This document shows, piece by piece, positions 63,952-64,000 of a stretch of DNA of 64,000 nucleotides. The notes beneath the pieces were generated by a model. That model did no database searches, was not told where the DNA came from, and worked only from the letters and a program-made list of their open reading frames with translations. How positions within the stretch are numbered: the stretch's first letter is position 1; each line of letters opens with the position of its first letter. Source of the DNA: Eledone cirrhosa (Eukaryota); contig OZ024741.1 of the NCBI GenBank assembly GCA_964016885.1, positions 33,976,001 to 34,040,000 on the forward strand. The letters run 5' to 3'. The translations under genes were made by a program, and so were the position numbers.

Positions 63952-64000
63952 AGATGGAGGCACATGGCTTAGTGGTTAGAGCATTGGCCTTGCAATCGAA
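63952..64000 (+). mobile_element. Head of a tRNA-derived SINE (family B variant), cut by the window end
   Basis: GATGGAGGCACATGGCTTAGTGGTTAGAGC (A box); matches the reverse complement of 6540-6585. Confidence 0.8.

Overview
Eukaryotic, repeat-dominated DNA, very probably intronic sequence from an octopod cephalopod. This is inferred from the SINE/RTE families, the (GAT)n-tailed elements and the microsatellite load, not from a database match. Almost all long ORFs in the track are translations of simple repeats. The one convincing host-gene signal is a 118-nt + strand exon (37728-37845) encoding MDEDDYKSASDVEVDSDNDDHDAEHELGNWLGQFDSNKM, which resembles the N-terminus of MRL-family adaptors (RAPH1/lamellipodin, pico). 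There is also a candidate 40-nt next exon (47812-47851) and a candidate alternative promoter/non-coding exon (~53000-53344). The rest is a 16.5-kb 16-bp satellite with a 2.85-kb higher-order duplication, truncated non-LTR retrotransposons of four clades (RTE, CR1, Tx1/L1, HERO/R2-like), tRNA-derived SINEs, and MITEs (piggyBac-, mariner- and pogo-like). The most unusual signals are: (i) short palindromic or partially tandem inserts in (TA)n tracts, several carrying minimal hammerhead-ribozyme-like cores (best at 38575-38655, minus strand), suggesting Penelope-like/retrozyme-type elements; (ii) a 1.9-kb foldback structure built from minisatellite arms (51022-52903); (iii) a 49-bp RTE 3'UTR module that seeds minisatellites. 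All coordinates were read by eye and may be off by a few bases.
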